Shown one piece after another: positions 1 through 13,102 of a DNA stretch of 64,000 bases. The notes beneath the pieces are model-generated. The model worked only from the letters and a program-made list of their open reading frames with translations, had not been told where the DNA came from and ran no database searches. Each line of letters opens with the position of its first letter. Within the stretch, counting starts at the first letter, position 1. The stretch covers positions 10,974,001-11,038,000 of the forward strand of contig CM022679.1 in the NCBI GenBank assembly GCA_012295275.1, given 5' to 3'. This DNA comes from Chrysomallon squamiferum (lineage: Eukaryota > Animalia > Mollusca). Made by a program: the position numbers and the translations under genes.

Positions 1-489
1 TTCTGATATAACAAAGTAAATGTTTTTCTTTATGATTAAATTTGATGCCTTCAGTTTCTCAAAATTTGTATGCTGTACCTAAACTAAAATATTGAAAAAT
101 TGTAAAATGAAATATTCATAATTTTATTACCTTGTTTTCATAAAATAAAATAATTTTATTATTCAGAATGACTTCTACATATTGATTAATCAAGACAATA
201 ATCCATTTTAATTAATTAAACAAAGATTTAATAGTACTTAGTATTATTGTCACCCTCATCTTCACCTGCCACCTTCCCCATGCTATTATAATAATACAAC
301 TAGCTATGAGGTGTGCACTAGCTAGTCTTTCAGAACAATTGCCACAATACCTCATAGAAAAATTAGTTTCTTTTTATGTTTCATGATTATATTATTGAGT
401 GAGCATATTATTTATAAATTTACAGTCTCTGGTGGGCATGATGGAATCATCTAGCAAATCTCTTTTACATATATATATATTATATTCAT

Positions 490-520
<31 letters not shown>

Positions 521-526
521 TTTTAG

Positions 527-709
527 GTGTAAAGGTTAAATCAAATTCTGAAGCTCGTCAGAGAAGAAAACCGACCATGGAAAATTTTCTTCCTTCAAAT
601 GGTTTAAACAGTGCATTGCCAGATAAATCACTTGAACCTGTAGCTAAAGCAGCTAGCTGGAGAAGAATACTGTTATTAATAATTGCTATAACAGTACACA
701 ATATACCAG
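527..709 (+). CDS. SLC39A11: ZIP11 zinc/metal transporter, internal coding exon (cytoplasmic loop to TM4); 5' exons lie upstream of the window
   Basis: Acceptor ttttag|GT and donor CCAG|gtacca. Translates VKVKSNSEARQRRKPTMENFLPSNGLNSALPDKSLEPVAKAASWRRILLLIIAITVHNIP; SWRRI..AITVHNIP is the ZIP11 TM4 signature. Confidence 0.93.
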
Positions 710-1118
710 GTACCAGAGCTTGACAGAGCTTGACAGTTTGACAGAAATAATAGTTTATTAAACATTGTAGCATCTGTGTTGAAGTACAGGTTAAGGTCAG
801 CTAGTACATAAATGAAAATGCTGGCAGGTCAGAATCCTCTCACTAATATACACATATGCAGACATATATATATGAGAAATAACAACAGTTTAGAATACCT
901 TAGCATAGATGATACTTTTCTGACATTTGCCAGATTTCTGGCATTCAGTTGAACAAGTTTTTTCATAGCTCATGTTTTTACCTTAGGATCAAATTTATTT
1001 TCAGGCAATTTGGTCAAAAAGCATCCTTAAATATATATATATTGTGCAGTGTTTATAAATTATTTTAAAAATCTAAGACTACCATAACAATAATATTCAG
1101 TATTATATTATAATTGTT

Positions 1119-1153
<35 letters not shown>

Positions 1154-1184
1154 AAAAGGGAGAAACTCCATCAAGCATTAAAGC

Positions 1185-1226
<42 letters not shown>

Positions 1227-1291
1227 GTTTTGATGTTATTCTACTAAAATAAAATATAATTCCACTGATAAAATGTGTTTGACTTTTTCAG

Positions 1292-1361
1292 AGGGTCTTG
1301 CTGTAGGGGTTGGTTTTGGTGCTGTAGGCAAAACAAAAACAGCCACTTTTGAAAATGCCAG
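1292..1361 (+). CDS. SLC39A11: ZIP11 coding exon (70 nt)
   Basis: Acceptor tttttcag|, donor AG|gtgatt. The phase-1 join completes HNIP-E, then GLAVGVGFGAVGKTKTATFENAR. Confidence 0.97.
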
Positions 1362-1663
1362 GTGATTTTTGTTCAGCAATAAATTAATATTGTGTTAGAG
1401 TAATAAACCTTTCTACCATTTTTTGTTTTTATCAGAAAACACATTATATTCAGGCTTTTCAAAGATCCCATAAAAATTCATTTTAAATTTTTGAACTTAA
1501 AAATGTCAGCAGTTTTTTGTGCTATTTAATTTCTTGTTAAATGTCAAAAGTTTTATAATAATAATAATATAATTAAAAAAGAATATATATATATATATAT
1601 ATATTTAAATACCAAGATGAGGAACTTATTGTTTTATATTGTGTTTTTATTTTTATTTTTCAG

Positions 1664-1762
1664 AAATCTTGCTTTTGGTATAGGTATACAAAATTTCCCA
1701 GAAGGCTTAGCGGTCAGTTTACCTTTGCGGGGAGCTGGACTCTCCACATGGAAATGTTTTTG
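1664..1762 (+). CDS. SLC39A11: ZIP11 coding exon (99 nt), TM5
   Basis: Acceptor ttttcag|, donor TG|gtaata. Translates [33 protein letters not shown]; QNFPEG is the ZIP11 TM5 motif. Confidence 0.97.
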
Positions 1763-2132
1763 GTAATATTTTTTTTATTTCTTAAACTTTATAATAATTA
1801 TGAATGGCAAATTAAGTAGTTTCATAGGAATCTTTATTTATATAAAGATATGGTTTTAAAAAAAAAAAAATGAAATAAAAAATTATTATTCACTGCTCTG
1901 CTGTAGGTGTAATTTTATTTTAGTTTTCATTTACTTTACTTTTTTATTTTTATTTCTATTTCATTATATCTTTATTCTATTTTATCATTTTAATTTTCAT
2001 TTTATTTTATCATATTTTATTTTATTTTATTTTTTTTTATTTTTTTTTTTTTTTATTTTATTTTATTTTATTTTTTTTTTTTATTTTTTTTTTTTTTTAT
2101 TTTATTTTATTTTTTTTATTTTTATTTTATAG

Positions 2133-2291
2133 GTATGGTCAATTAAGTGGCATGGTGGAGCCATTAGCTGGTCTGTTTGGTGCTGCTGCAGTTGTAATAG
2201 CAGAACCACTGCTGCCATATGCCTTGTCATTTGCTGCTGGTGCTATGATATATGTTGTTGTTGATGATATTATACCTGAAGCTCAATTAGG
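2133..2291 (+). CDS. SLC39A11: ZIP11 coding exon (159 nt), TM6-TM7
   Basis: Acceptor tttatag|, donor GG|gtaaat. Translates [52 protein letters not shown]. Confidence 0.97.
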
Positions 2292-2339
2292 GTAAATATA
2301 ATTCAGTATAATGTATATGCGATTGTTGTTGCTCTTTCA

Positions 2340-2391
2340 GTTATTGTTATTATTGTTACTGTTGTTATTATTATTATTATTATTATTTTTA

Positions 2392-2459
<68 letters not shown>

Positions 2460-2525
2460 TTATTTCTATTATTATTATTATAATTATTATTATTATTATT
2501 ATTGTTACTACTACTACTACTATTA
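2340..2525. repeat. (ATT)n microsatellite, degenerate edges
   Basis: Long ttattattatt run visible directly. Confidence 0.95.
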
Positions 2526-3127
2526 ATAGTACTACTCCTATAACTCTTCTAATATTAATATTATTATTATGATTATTTAATTTGTTTTTGTTTTTGTTTA
2601 CTTGTTTTCTTTTGGTTTTGGGGTTTTGTTGGAGGTAGGGATGGTATTTTTATTTTATTTTTTAATTTAGTTTTTTTCCAGTTAACTCTTAAAATATAAT
2701 TTTATTTTATTTTGATTTATTAAAAACATTAAGGATCTTTGATAATCCTTAATTCCTTGTATTTATTAGTTGTAAAATGTATTAAAATATTTAAATTGTT
2801 TAAATCATAATTATCATCAATTTTCACTCTTATTAATTTAGAAAAGATGCTAAATCTTTATCAGACAAATAAATGAATTAAACTTTTTATTAAATGATTG
2901 TTACTGGTGCAAAAATTCTATGATAACTGAGTTCCTTTATTTGTTTACACCCTTTTCTTTTTCTTTTTTTTTTCTTTTGATTTTTTCTTCTTCTTCAACT
3001 TGTATTTTGAAAGTATTTTGGTTTTGTTTTTCTTGCATACATTTTAAATTTTTTCTTTTTTTTCCTTACATCTAACATACATTTCAAAAAGGATATAAAC
3101 ATAAATTACAAAAATGATAGTATGTAT

Positions 3128-3200
3128 TAGTATAGTATGAATGTACTCAATCTGTCCAGGTTAGTTTTAGTATAGTACGAAATGTACTCAGTCTGTCCAG
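3128..3200. repeat. Two-copy tandem duplication, about 40 bp unit
   Basis: tagtatagtatgaatgtactcaatctgtccag is repeated as tagtatagtacgaaatgtactcagtctgtccag. Confidence 0.85.
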
Positions 3201-3343
3201 TTTATTTTATCTTGTTCAGTATAAAATAAATTAATGACAGTTTATTATTATCATATAATGATTAAAAAAAATAAGGATGTTTTATTTCAAATATCTATGT
3301 TTTGCACACTAATTTTCTGTCTTGCATTTCCTGTGAAATATAA

Positions 3344-3464
<121 letters not shown>

Positions 3465-4199
3465 GATACAGCTATTAATTTATAAATTTAAAGTATAATA
3501 CATTATCATGAAATGTATATTACTGAATTAAAATTAAAATGTTACCTTATTTTAAGATGTCAATGGATCCTATATCAATCAAACTATCTTCATTTTATAT
3601 ATAAAAAAAATTATATTGCAATTTATAAAAAAAATCAAAACAATAAAGTTTTTCTACTCATTTCTGGGAATTTCAAGAAATGATAAACAACAGAAAGAAA
3701 GGCTTACAGAACTGTCAGACAGTCTTGTTAATTATTTGAATGAATTGCTTAACAGTACACTATATTTTTATTATTTATTTTATTTTTTAGTTTGAATTTT
3801 ATTACCTGGTTAGAACAACAATTGTATGAATGAACCAGTGAATGAATGTTAGTTTAACTCATGTCAACACATTTTGTATTGGCATTCATTATGCTTCAGT
3901 CACATGATTTGACAGTGATAACACAAAACTGAGAAAACTCCCATCATCACTGTGTGTGAACTGATGTTGTCGGTTAACAGACAAAAATAGACAGAAAATC
4001 ACACATCATGGAATTTTTAATGTATTGTTTGAAGAGAACTGTTTAGATTGGGAAATTAAGTTAATGGGAATTTATGGATGAGTATTGATCCTGTGTCCCA
4101 TCATTTTCAAGGCTTGTCTTCATCCTTTGTGTTACTGCCAGTTATTCTGAGTTTCCCAGACAATTAAAATGTAAAATGAAATAATATAAATTTCTTTTT

Positions 4200-4630
4200 G
4201 AGAAAAATTGATGGAGATATATTTTGCTTTATGAAACATTCATTTGACCAATTTTTTTTTTTTTAGAACAGAACTTATAAATGTTTTTGTTGTAAAATTG
4301 ATATAGCATATTAGTCTATTATGAAGCACATAAAAATCACGTTATTTGAATTATCAGAAAGTTAAATATAACCAGATTTTAAGAATAGAACAAAAAATTT
4401 AATTTAACAGATAGTATAGGACATTTTTGCAGTGTTTTATCAAACATCCATTTATTCAAAAATCCAGCAATTTGAGTTATCAGAAAGTTAAAATACAATC
4501 AAATTTTTAAAAAATAAAACTTTTTTTTTTTTTTTTTAAGGATAAAATAGATATAACATATTAATGTTTTATGAAATATTTGTTTACCTTAAAATTTTGT
4601 TATTTGAGCTATCCAAAAGTTAAAATTTTA
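4200..4630. repeat. Degenerate minisatellite, about 125-130 bp unit, about 3 copies
   Basis: atttgaattatcagaaagttaaa (about 4344), atttgagttatcagaaagttaaaa (about 4470) and atttgagctatccaaaagttaaaa (about 4602), each preceded by a ttatgaaac-like block. Confidence 0.75.
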
Positions 4631-5619
4631 AATATATTATTATTTGTTTTGTTTTTTTAGAGTTTTATTGAGCCACTATACATGTCTTGTCTGGTCTCTA
4701 ATGTTTAACACTAGAAATAAGAGATCAAAGAACAAATTAGAACTTCTCCACTTTTAAATCAAGTCTTCATACTTTGCTTTATTTAATTTGTTTAAAAAAT
4801 AAATAAAATGAATGTTCACATTTAAGCACATACCTCAAAGTTCACTCTGTGGTATAAAGGCCATTAAGAAGATGTTCTTTTTTATTTTTTAACGAAATGT
4901 TCATTTGACAATTTCAGTTCTGAGGCAGAAGACTTAAACATTTTGTGATCAAAGGTTATGTTTTGTATTGTTGTATTTGTGGGAAAACGCTGTCACAGAC
5001 ATTTCTTGGAACAGAAAACACAATGCAGGCAGATTCTGCTCAGTAATTGTGTAGATAATGTCCTTCTTTAACGATACTAGTGATAAAATGGAATGTGGAT
5101 TAATATTAAGGAATGAAAATACACATGCGCACTCATATACATAATACAGATACAACAGACACATATAAAAACAGTGCAAAAGGGTCATGGAAAAGACCAA
5201 ACATTTTATTTCAAAAGTATTTTAATTAGTTTTCAGTACACATAAGTCATACATGTTTGTGCACTGCAAGTGTGTCAGCTATCTAATAGTGGATATATTT
5301 AAATAAATATACTTTTATCAAAATAGGAATATTAAAGAACATGTCAATAAATGTTATCAGAACTTAAATTATATATGTATTTGAATATTTAAATGAAATA
5401 ATTAAGAAAGCATTTTTCATGTGACCTTAATAAACATTTATTTTATGGAACTAATAATTTGGCCTGCTCAGTTAATTAATACTCTGTGCTGTGAGCATAA
5501 TTAAAACCAGAGTGTGTGATATAATGTAACAAACAGAGAGATCACAGGTCTTTTGCTCTCCAGAAATCCAAGACACATTCCCTGCACAGAATCTACAATT
5601 ACACTTACAAGTGGCCTCT

Positions 5620-5835
5620 TCACAAATCAGCTGACTTCATAGGGGGCGGGGGGGGGTCATGTGATGAGCGGACATCTCGACTGTTGTGTGTTCCACTCGG
5701 AGGAGAAAGGTGGTGTCTGTGTGTGTCACCAGCTTCTACAGCACATAGTCAAGTGACTTGCACAGTTTATTGACATGAGTAATAGTAATACAACTTATGT
5801 GTCACGTGTCTGGCTGTATGTGTGGGTGGGTGAGT
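5620..5835. promoter_or_regulatory. Intronic promoter/enhancer-like cluster in ZIP11 intron 4
   Basis: Local GC/CpG rise, GC box GGGGCGGGG (about 5643), E-boxes GTCATGTGA (5656), GTCAAGTGAC (5748) and GTCACGTG (5801), and a possible donor GG|gtgagt at 5829. Confidence 0.45.
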
Positions 5836-6538
5836 GTTTGTGTGTCTGTGCGGTTTTTTTGTCTGGGAGAATGTCTGGATGTATGGTATAATTGGGTGTG
5901 GTTTTTTAGTGTGTGCATGTATATTTTTACAGCTTTGTTAGTATATTATAACGTGATTTGTGATTAGTGTTTTGTTTCTGTTGTTGTTTTTTTTTTTTTG
6001 TTGGGATTTTGGGGATTATTTCTTTATTTTTTTGGTCTTTATTTTACTTATTTTATTTTATTTTATTTTATTTTTTTTTTTTTTTTGTTTTTTTTATATG
6101 CAAAAGGGATTATTTTCATATTTTTGTTTTTAAATTTATTTAAATACTATTTATTATCTGTCAGTTATTTAAGTTTTATGTTTGCTGATGTTTTTTTTTT
6201 TCATTTTATAATTTTTTTATTTTATTTTATATATCTATTTCATTTTTTTTAAACTACATTTTTTTTAATGTAGTTTGGTTGCTATCTTTTTTTTATACTG
6301 TTATTTTGTTTTTAAAGTTTTTAGTTTTTTTCTGAATAAGTAAAAAAGTAACAAACAAAAACATTACATATCTCTTATTTTTATCTGCTAAAGATGTTAA
6401 AAATTCAGTCCAATCTTTGGATAATCTTTAAATAAAAAAAATGGCCCTGAAGGTAACAAAAAGCATTTCTTAATAATGTTTTTACTACAAAATAATTTGA
6501 ACAGCTTTGTATTTTAAAAAAACAACAAAAAACAACAG

Positions 6539-6576
<38 letters not shown>

Positions 6577-7022
6577 TGTTCTTTCTTTTATAAAAGTAAA
6601 ATATATTGTTTGATAAAATCTCATAAGGCGATATATAAATAGAAACAAGAAGTAGTGTCTGCATTAAACAAGTGGTTTTTAATACTATCAAGTATAGGCT
6701 TGTTTTTGTTGTAACCTGTAAAATAAGAATGTGTCAGAGTCATAAACTGGCTATACTCGATTTTATTTTTGTGTGAGGGGTGTTATTTTTTGTGGTGTGT
6801 AATTTTTTTGGGGGGTTTCCTTATTTTGTTTTGGAGGATATTTTTGTTTATTTTTTTAGAGCATATAGCAAAAGAATCGTCATGACTTTTTTTTTAACTT
6901 TTTTTTTTTTTTATTTATTTTTTGAAATTTCGTCCGACATTTTTATACAGGTATACATTTCACCTGTACACAAATGTTAGTCTGTGTAAGAAAGGTACAT
7001 GTTATTATACATACCTGACCAC

Positions 7023-7062
7023 TGAGTCACAACGGGTCAACATTCTAGGTCAACTGAGGTCA
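7023..7062 (+). promoter_or_regulatory. AP-1 site plus nuclear-receptor DR4 element
   Basis: TGAGTCA 7023-7029, GGGTCA 7034-7039 and AGGTCA-actg-AGGTCA 7047-7062. Confidence 0.5.
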
Positions 7063-7850
7063 TGGGATTCTTGTTTTTAAGATGGTTTTGTGTGTAATTG
7101 TGTGCTTTAGAAAATGGGTCACTCTCGTGACAAAAATATGTGTACACAAATGACATTGTGTTTTGCCGTGAATAGGATCCAAAAGATGAATGAGATTCGG
7201 AGGGGAAAATAAATAATAATAAAAATGTGAATGGAATAAAAAGGCAGAATAGAGAATTCAGTTGTTTTTTGTTTTTTTTAATTTTAAATTTTAAAAATAA
7301 AATAAGGGGTTTTGCACAAAATGCAGACAAAGAATTATGCTGAAATTCAAGGGGTGTTTTCTTTTTTTCTTTTTCTTGAACCTTCAATAACTGAATTTTA
7401 ATTCTGTTACAAATGGTTTACTTGCAAGTAGTATTTTTCGTTTTAATATGAAATGTAAAAAAAATTAGTAGTATCAAAACTATATTTTAAGAATTTAATA
7501 ATACATTAAAAATTATATTTATAAATTTATAATGTGATTTCTTTTCTTTTTATATAATTGAATTTTTAAAATTTGGGCTCCATTTTATACAGTTGTATGT
7601 TGTTGTTGTTTTTTTATGAGTAAGAGCTAATTAAAATATAACTATATCATTCGATCATCTGTCTTTATTTCTGTTTTTATCAGTTAATCATGAATAAGTT
7701 AAATAGCCTGTGTTTGTTTTGTTGTTATTATTTGATTTTGTTATTTTGTTTTGTCACTGTTTTTCTTCTTGTTTTTCTTTTTTTTGTTATTATTATTTGA
7801 TTTTGTTATTCAAATTTGTTCTTCATTCTTCTGGGATTTTTGTTTTTCTT

Positions 7851-7881
<31 letters not shown>

Positions 7882-8221
7882 GAAGGTGCAATTTGAAGCT
7901 TATTTTGGTTGTCACATATGAAAAGTTTTAATCAAGTTAAAAATGTTTTACGTGACAAAATATAAATTTACCACAAATGTGAAAGATAATTGTACTGTTG
8001 CCAGAAATAAATGTAAAGTTACAGTGACTTTGATATTTGGCCAAAGTAGAAAAATGTTATTTATGCATTAACAAGTGAAAGAATAATTTTTTGTTGTTTT
8101 TTTTCATATTATATTTCATTTATTTATTTATTTTTTATTTTTGCACAGCTCTTTACACTTTGTTTTAATTAACTTCTGAATTTTTATTTATGAAGTAATC
8201 ACCATTTTGTTGTATTTACCT

Positions 8222-8289
8222 TTGGTCTGACACCCTAAGGCTGATATGTGATTCATGCTGGGGTGTTGTTAAACATTCATTAATTCATT
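8222..8289 (+). mobile_element. SINE 3' tail fragment
   Basis: ggtctgacacc...gctggggtgttgttaaacattcattaattcatt resembles the recalled gastropod SINE tail (ggggtgtcgttaaac plus (attc)n). No database search was done. Confidence 0.6.
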
Positions 8290-8837
8290 ATTTTTATTTT
8301 TATGTTTATTTTAAAAATTCAGTTTTAATTTTCTTACAATTTCTTTTTTTTTTTTCTTTCAAATAAATAGCTAGAGAGATTATTTAAATTTTTTTATTTT
8401 TTATTTTTTATGTTATTTCTTTGTTGTTTGTTTGTTTGTTTTAATCTTTCATAATACAATAACATACCTGTATGGTTATCAGACATCTTTATTACTTACA
8501 GATGGAAGTATTTTAATATATAAAAGTAATATAAACTGTACCTACCCAATAAACCAGTGACTGAATATTTAAAATAATTTTTTTAAATATTTGCCATTGC
8601 ATAATAGAATGAAAATCCAAATTTACTGGCAAAGTTTTTTCTTTGTATAATATATATATTAAATTATATATTAGTTTATATTTTATTATTTTTATTTATT
8701 TTATCTTTTTTTTTTTTTTATTATTATTTTTTTTATACAAATGTGTTTATGTTTTGTTTTTTATTGCAGATTTAAATTCTTAAAGCTGTTCATGTGAAAA
8801 AGATAAATATTGTCTTTTTTGTTAGGTTTATACATGA

Positions 8838-8892
<55 letters not shown>

Positions 8893-9243
8893 TACACACA
8901 ACATATACATACATACTCAAACACATTCTGTAAACAGCAAGATATTACTTAAAATGTTACTTTTTTTTTTCAGACACACACATTCTCTACACACACACAC
9001 ACACACACAGCAAATAGCAATATATTATATAACATGTTACATTTGTGTACTGGTGCAGTTGAACCAAAGGACACGCTGATACAAGGACATTATCTCCTGA
9101 AAAGCAAGGACCAACAGGATGATCTCTTAATTAGTTAATTACACCCATGTCAGTGCACCAGACTCAAGAAAACAAAACAGAAATAAAAAAATACTGTAAC
9201 AAAAGACAATAAAGATTCAGTTGACATGTTGTGTTTGTTTTAG

Positions 9244-9322
9244 GGGTAATGGAAAATTGGCCTCCTGGGGAGCCATCTTTGGATTTGCAGTCATGATGTC
9301 ACTCGATGTAGGTCTGGGTTGA
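9244..9322 (+). CDS. SLC39A11: ZIP11 last coding exon, TM8 and stop
   Basis: Acceptor tgttttag| with a phase-2 join. Translates GNGKLASWGAIFGFAVMMSLDVGLG*, TGA at 9320-9322; the MMSLDVGLG C-terminus is characteristic of ZIP11. Confidence 0.97.
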
Positions 9323-11042
9323 CCCTTCTGGTTCACTCTTCAGATGCTCTGAGGAAATTTAGGTAAATTATAGGTAAGATAGCTTTTTTTTTTTACCCAT
9401 TTGTTTTAAAACTTTGTTATTATGTGTGTGGGTGTGTGTGTCTTTTGCTGTTGTTTTTGTTATTATGTATATATACGTATTGCTGCTTTTTTTTTGCTTT
9501 TCTTGTGATTAAGAAATAATATAGGAAAAGTCTATATCTTTTTCAGATATACTGTAAAAAAAAAAATTAAAAATTAAAATAATTATGAAACACAAATTCA
9601 AACTTAGTCCATGGCTTAAAAGAATTGCCAATATATATATATATTTTTTTAACTTATTTTTATTATTATTATATTTATTTTTTTTATTTATTTATTTATT
9701 TATTTTTTTTTGCCTCTTTTTTTATTTTTTTAACCTCATCTTCCTTTGTGGGTTGTTGGTTAATACAGTTTGCATCATTTTACCTCTTTTTTAAAATTAA
9801 ATGAGGGAAGTAAAAAGAGGGCAGGGACAGGAAAGAATATGCTGATAGGTTCAAAAGTTTTTATAATACTAATTATCTACAATGTTTGGAAAATTAAATT
9901 GAAATAAATAAAAAAATAATAATAATTTTTTTATTTTTTTTTTTTTTTTTATTTTTTTTTTTTTTTTTTTTTTGTAATTCCTGTCTGGAGGTATAAGAAA
10001 ACAGTTTGAAAAATAACAAAACTATTGTTTGTGCAGTGATAGAGTAATCTTTCTTTTTGCATTTTTCAAAACAACACCTTGTTGTTTGTAATAACAGTCT
10101 GTATTTCTGAAATACCCAGACTCACAAAGCTTTTCACCTCAGTCTGTGTGACTCAGTTACTGCTTGTATAGTTTATGTAGAATGTCTTCTCTCTTTCTTA
10201 TTTTTATTTATCCGTTTTTTTTTTTTTTTTTTCTCATTTTTATTGTTCTCTCTGCATGGGGTATTTTTCAGTTTTATTTCTAGCTTTTTTAATTTTTAAT
10301 AATTTTTTTTTTTTCCGAAATGTATTGATTTGCAAAAATATATAAATCTGAGGAAATGTTTTTATTTTATTTATTCATTTAGTTAGTTAGTTACTTAGTT
10401 AGATAGTTAATTGGTTATAGATGATTAATTTTTATTTAACACTTATTCTTTTTCTCTCTCTCTCTTTGTCTGTCTGAATAAAAAATCAATAAATAAATAA
10501 AAAAAACATCTCAAGAACTTATTCTCCCAGATAAATGTTAGGTTTTTGTGTTTTAAAATTAGAGTATTACTTTAAAATATACATCTTAATTTTTTCAACA
10601 GGTAAAGGAACAAAGTATACAAAGATATATATATTTTAAATATGATAATATACTTAGTGCAGTATAAATCATGAAATACTAATGAAAATATTTTATTTTT
10701 ATAAACATTTTTTTATTATTATTTTTATTTTTTATTTTATTTTTATATATATATATATATATTTTTTTTTTTTCATTTTAATTTCATTTTCCAAACATTG
10801 CAGATACAGTATTTTAAACTTTTGAACCCATCACCCCATTCTCTCCCCTCCCCTTCCCTTCTACTCCCCATTCTATCTGCACTCCAAGTGCTCACTCAGT
10901 GCACTGAAACAATGTTGTTTTTGTAAAGCTCCACCTTCCAGATAAGAGCACCCAGGTATAACAGAGCCAGGTCACTGATGGATTTGCATACAGGACTGGA
11001 TCAGCTAAATGTTCTGTTTATTTTTATATGCATAATTATAAA

Positions 11043-11087
<45 letters not shown>

Positions 11088-11476
11088 TTGACCTGTGAAG
11101 GAATTTGCTGATTCAGCTGAATCCCACTTTCCTTCCTTGGGGTTATTCCAGAAAACAGAAGACAGGATTAGAGTGAAAATAAAATGGATTTGTTTCTCTC
11201 TCTTTAGCAGTATCTTGTTAATAAAAAAAATTCTGTGTAATTTTTAAAATGAATACACTAATCATTGATAGGAACAGATCAAATTGGTTTTTGCCTGTTA
11301 ATCCTAAATTTATTGTTATGCTCTTTTCTCTCTATCTATCTGCTTTACTTTTTGACTCTCCCTATCTTTGCTTTCTCTGTTTTTCTTTATCTTTTCTTTT
11401 TCTTTCTTTCTCTCCTTTGCTTTCTTATTCAGTCTTTCCATCTCTGCCTCTTTTTATGAACTCCAGTTTTTTTAAC

Positions 11477-11540
11477 AAACACACTGACACACACCAGCAC
11501 ACAAAACAACACACCAACACACACACACACAACACAAACC

Positions 11541-11576
<36 letters not shown>

Positions 11577-11850
11577 AACACACAAAACACAAACTCATAA
11601 CAGCACACAAATATAAACACTATCACACACATAACACTTATACAAATATAAACACACCATCACACACATACACACTTATACATAAATAAACACACAAAAT
11701 ACACACACACACACAAACATGCACTCACACACTCATATAAACACAAACACAAACATGCACACAACAAACATACAACACACATGCACACACACACACACAC
11801 ACAGACAAACACAAATATATATGTACACATAATTATACACACATGCAAAA
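11477..11850. repeat. Degenerate (CA)n low-complexity tract
   Basis: Direct observation. Purer CA/GT runs also occur at 8841-8890, 11047-11086, 12800-12858 and 13059-13098. Confidence 0.9.
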
Positions 11851-12361
11851 CGTCTTCTATTTTTAAAAATATCTTCACAGTTACTCTTCTTACATCTGCG
11901 TCATATTCTTCTTTGCTTTTCCTTTTTTTTTTTTTTTTTTTTTTTTTTTCCACATTCCTTGAAATATTAAAGCCACTACGATCTATAAATAGAAGTAGTA
12001 GTAGAAGTAGCATGTACCTGCTAGGTATAGGGTAAACATTCTGTGTTTTGTTTATGTAGGTATACAGGCAGGTGGTATCTCTGTGGAATCTCTGGGCTTT
12101 CTTGTCTGGCATTTATGTACTGTGTGTTACATGTTGTAAATCTCAAAGGCTTTAAGTAAAAATATCGTGTTGGAAGCAGCAGTGTCATAGGGATTATATG
12201 AAAGTGTGTTTTATCACTCGATAAAATAAAACTATTATTTAGTGTAGTAATAAATAAAAATGTTTTATTGAATTATTTTTAATTTATGGTTGTTGTTGGG
12301 GAGGTGTTTTTTTTTTCATTTTTTTTTTTAGGGTTTTGGGGTGGTATGGTTTTTTTGGAGT

Positions 12362-12393
<32 letters not shown>

Positions 12394-12503
12394 CATATTA
12401 GCATTTTTTTTTCCAAGTGGGAGGTAGCACGATTTTATTTTTATTATTATGTGGGCTTGTATCATGTTTTAATTTTGTCTGTATTTTCTCCATTATTATC
12501 TGG

Positions 12504-12550
<47 letters not shown>

Positions 12551-12813
12551 TTCATTTATTTGTTTGTTTATTTGTTTATTTCAGTTTTAGGTTTGTTTGT
12601 TTATAAAAATCAAATTATGACAGAGAAAATATATCAATTTATGTTTTCCAGTATATTATTCAAAACTGATAATTCTTTCAAATCCCTATCATGCTTAAAC
12701 TTGTTCTGCCAAAAATAATAATAATAAAAATAAGAATTATCATTATTATTATTATTATTATTATTAAAATCCCTTTTTCATAAATATTACACGGATATGC
12801 ACACACACACACA

Positions 12814-12864
<51 letters not shown>

Positions 12865-13055
12865 GTATTTTTTTTTTCATAACTGTATTCAAATCCAGCC
12901 TAAACTTCTTTGAAAAAACAAAAACATAAATTACTATTGATTTATCAGATAAAATTTTGACAGACAAAGTATTTATCTATAGTCTATCTTGCAGCAAGTT
13001 AATTAAAATGCATGACATACATACCTGTTTGTCTATAAATAGGACGTCTCCATGA

Positions 13056-13102
<47 letters not shown>

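Noticed and set aside
558-773. 71-aa minus-strand ORF
   Set aside because: It is the antisense shadow of the real ZIP11 exon.
9320-9352. Readthrough of the ZIP11 TGA-C stop giving PFWFTLQML
   Set aside because: The extension is short, lacks the CUAG context and has no recognisable signal; the C-terminus already matches the family.
5126-10884. Scattered TGCRCNC MRE cores near ZIP11
   Set aside because: They are expected by chance in CA/GT-rich DNA, unclustered and far from the promoter.
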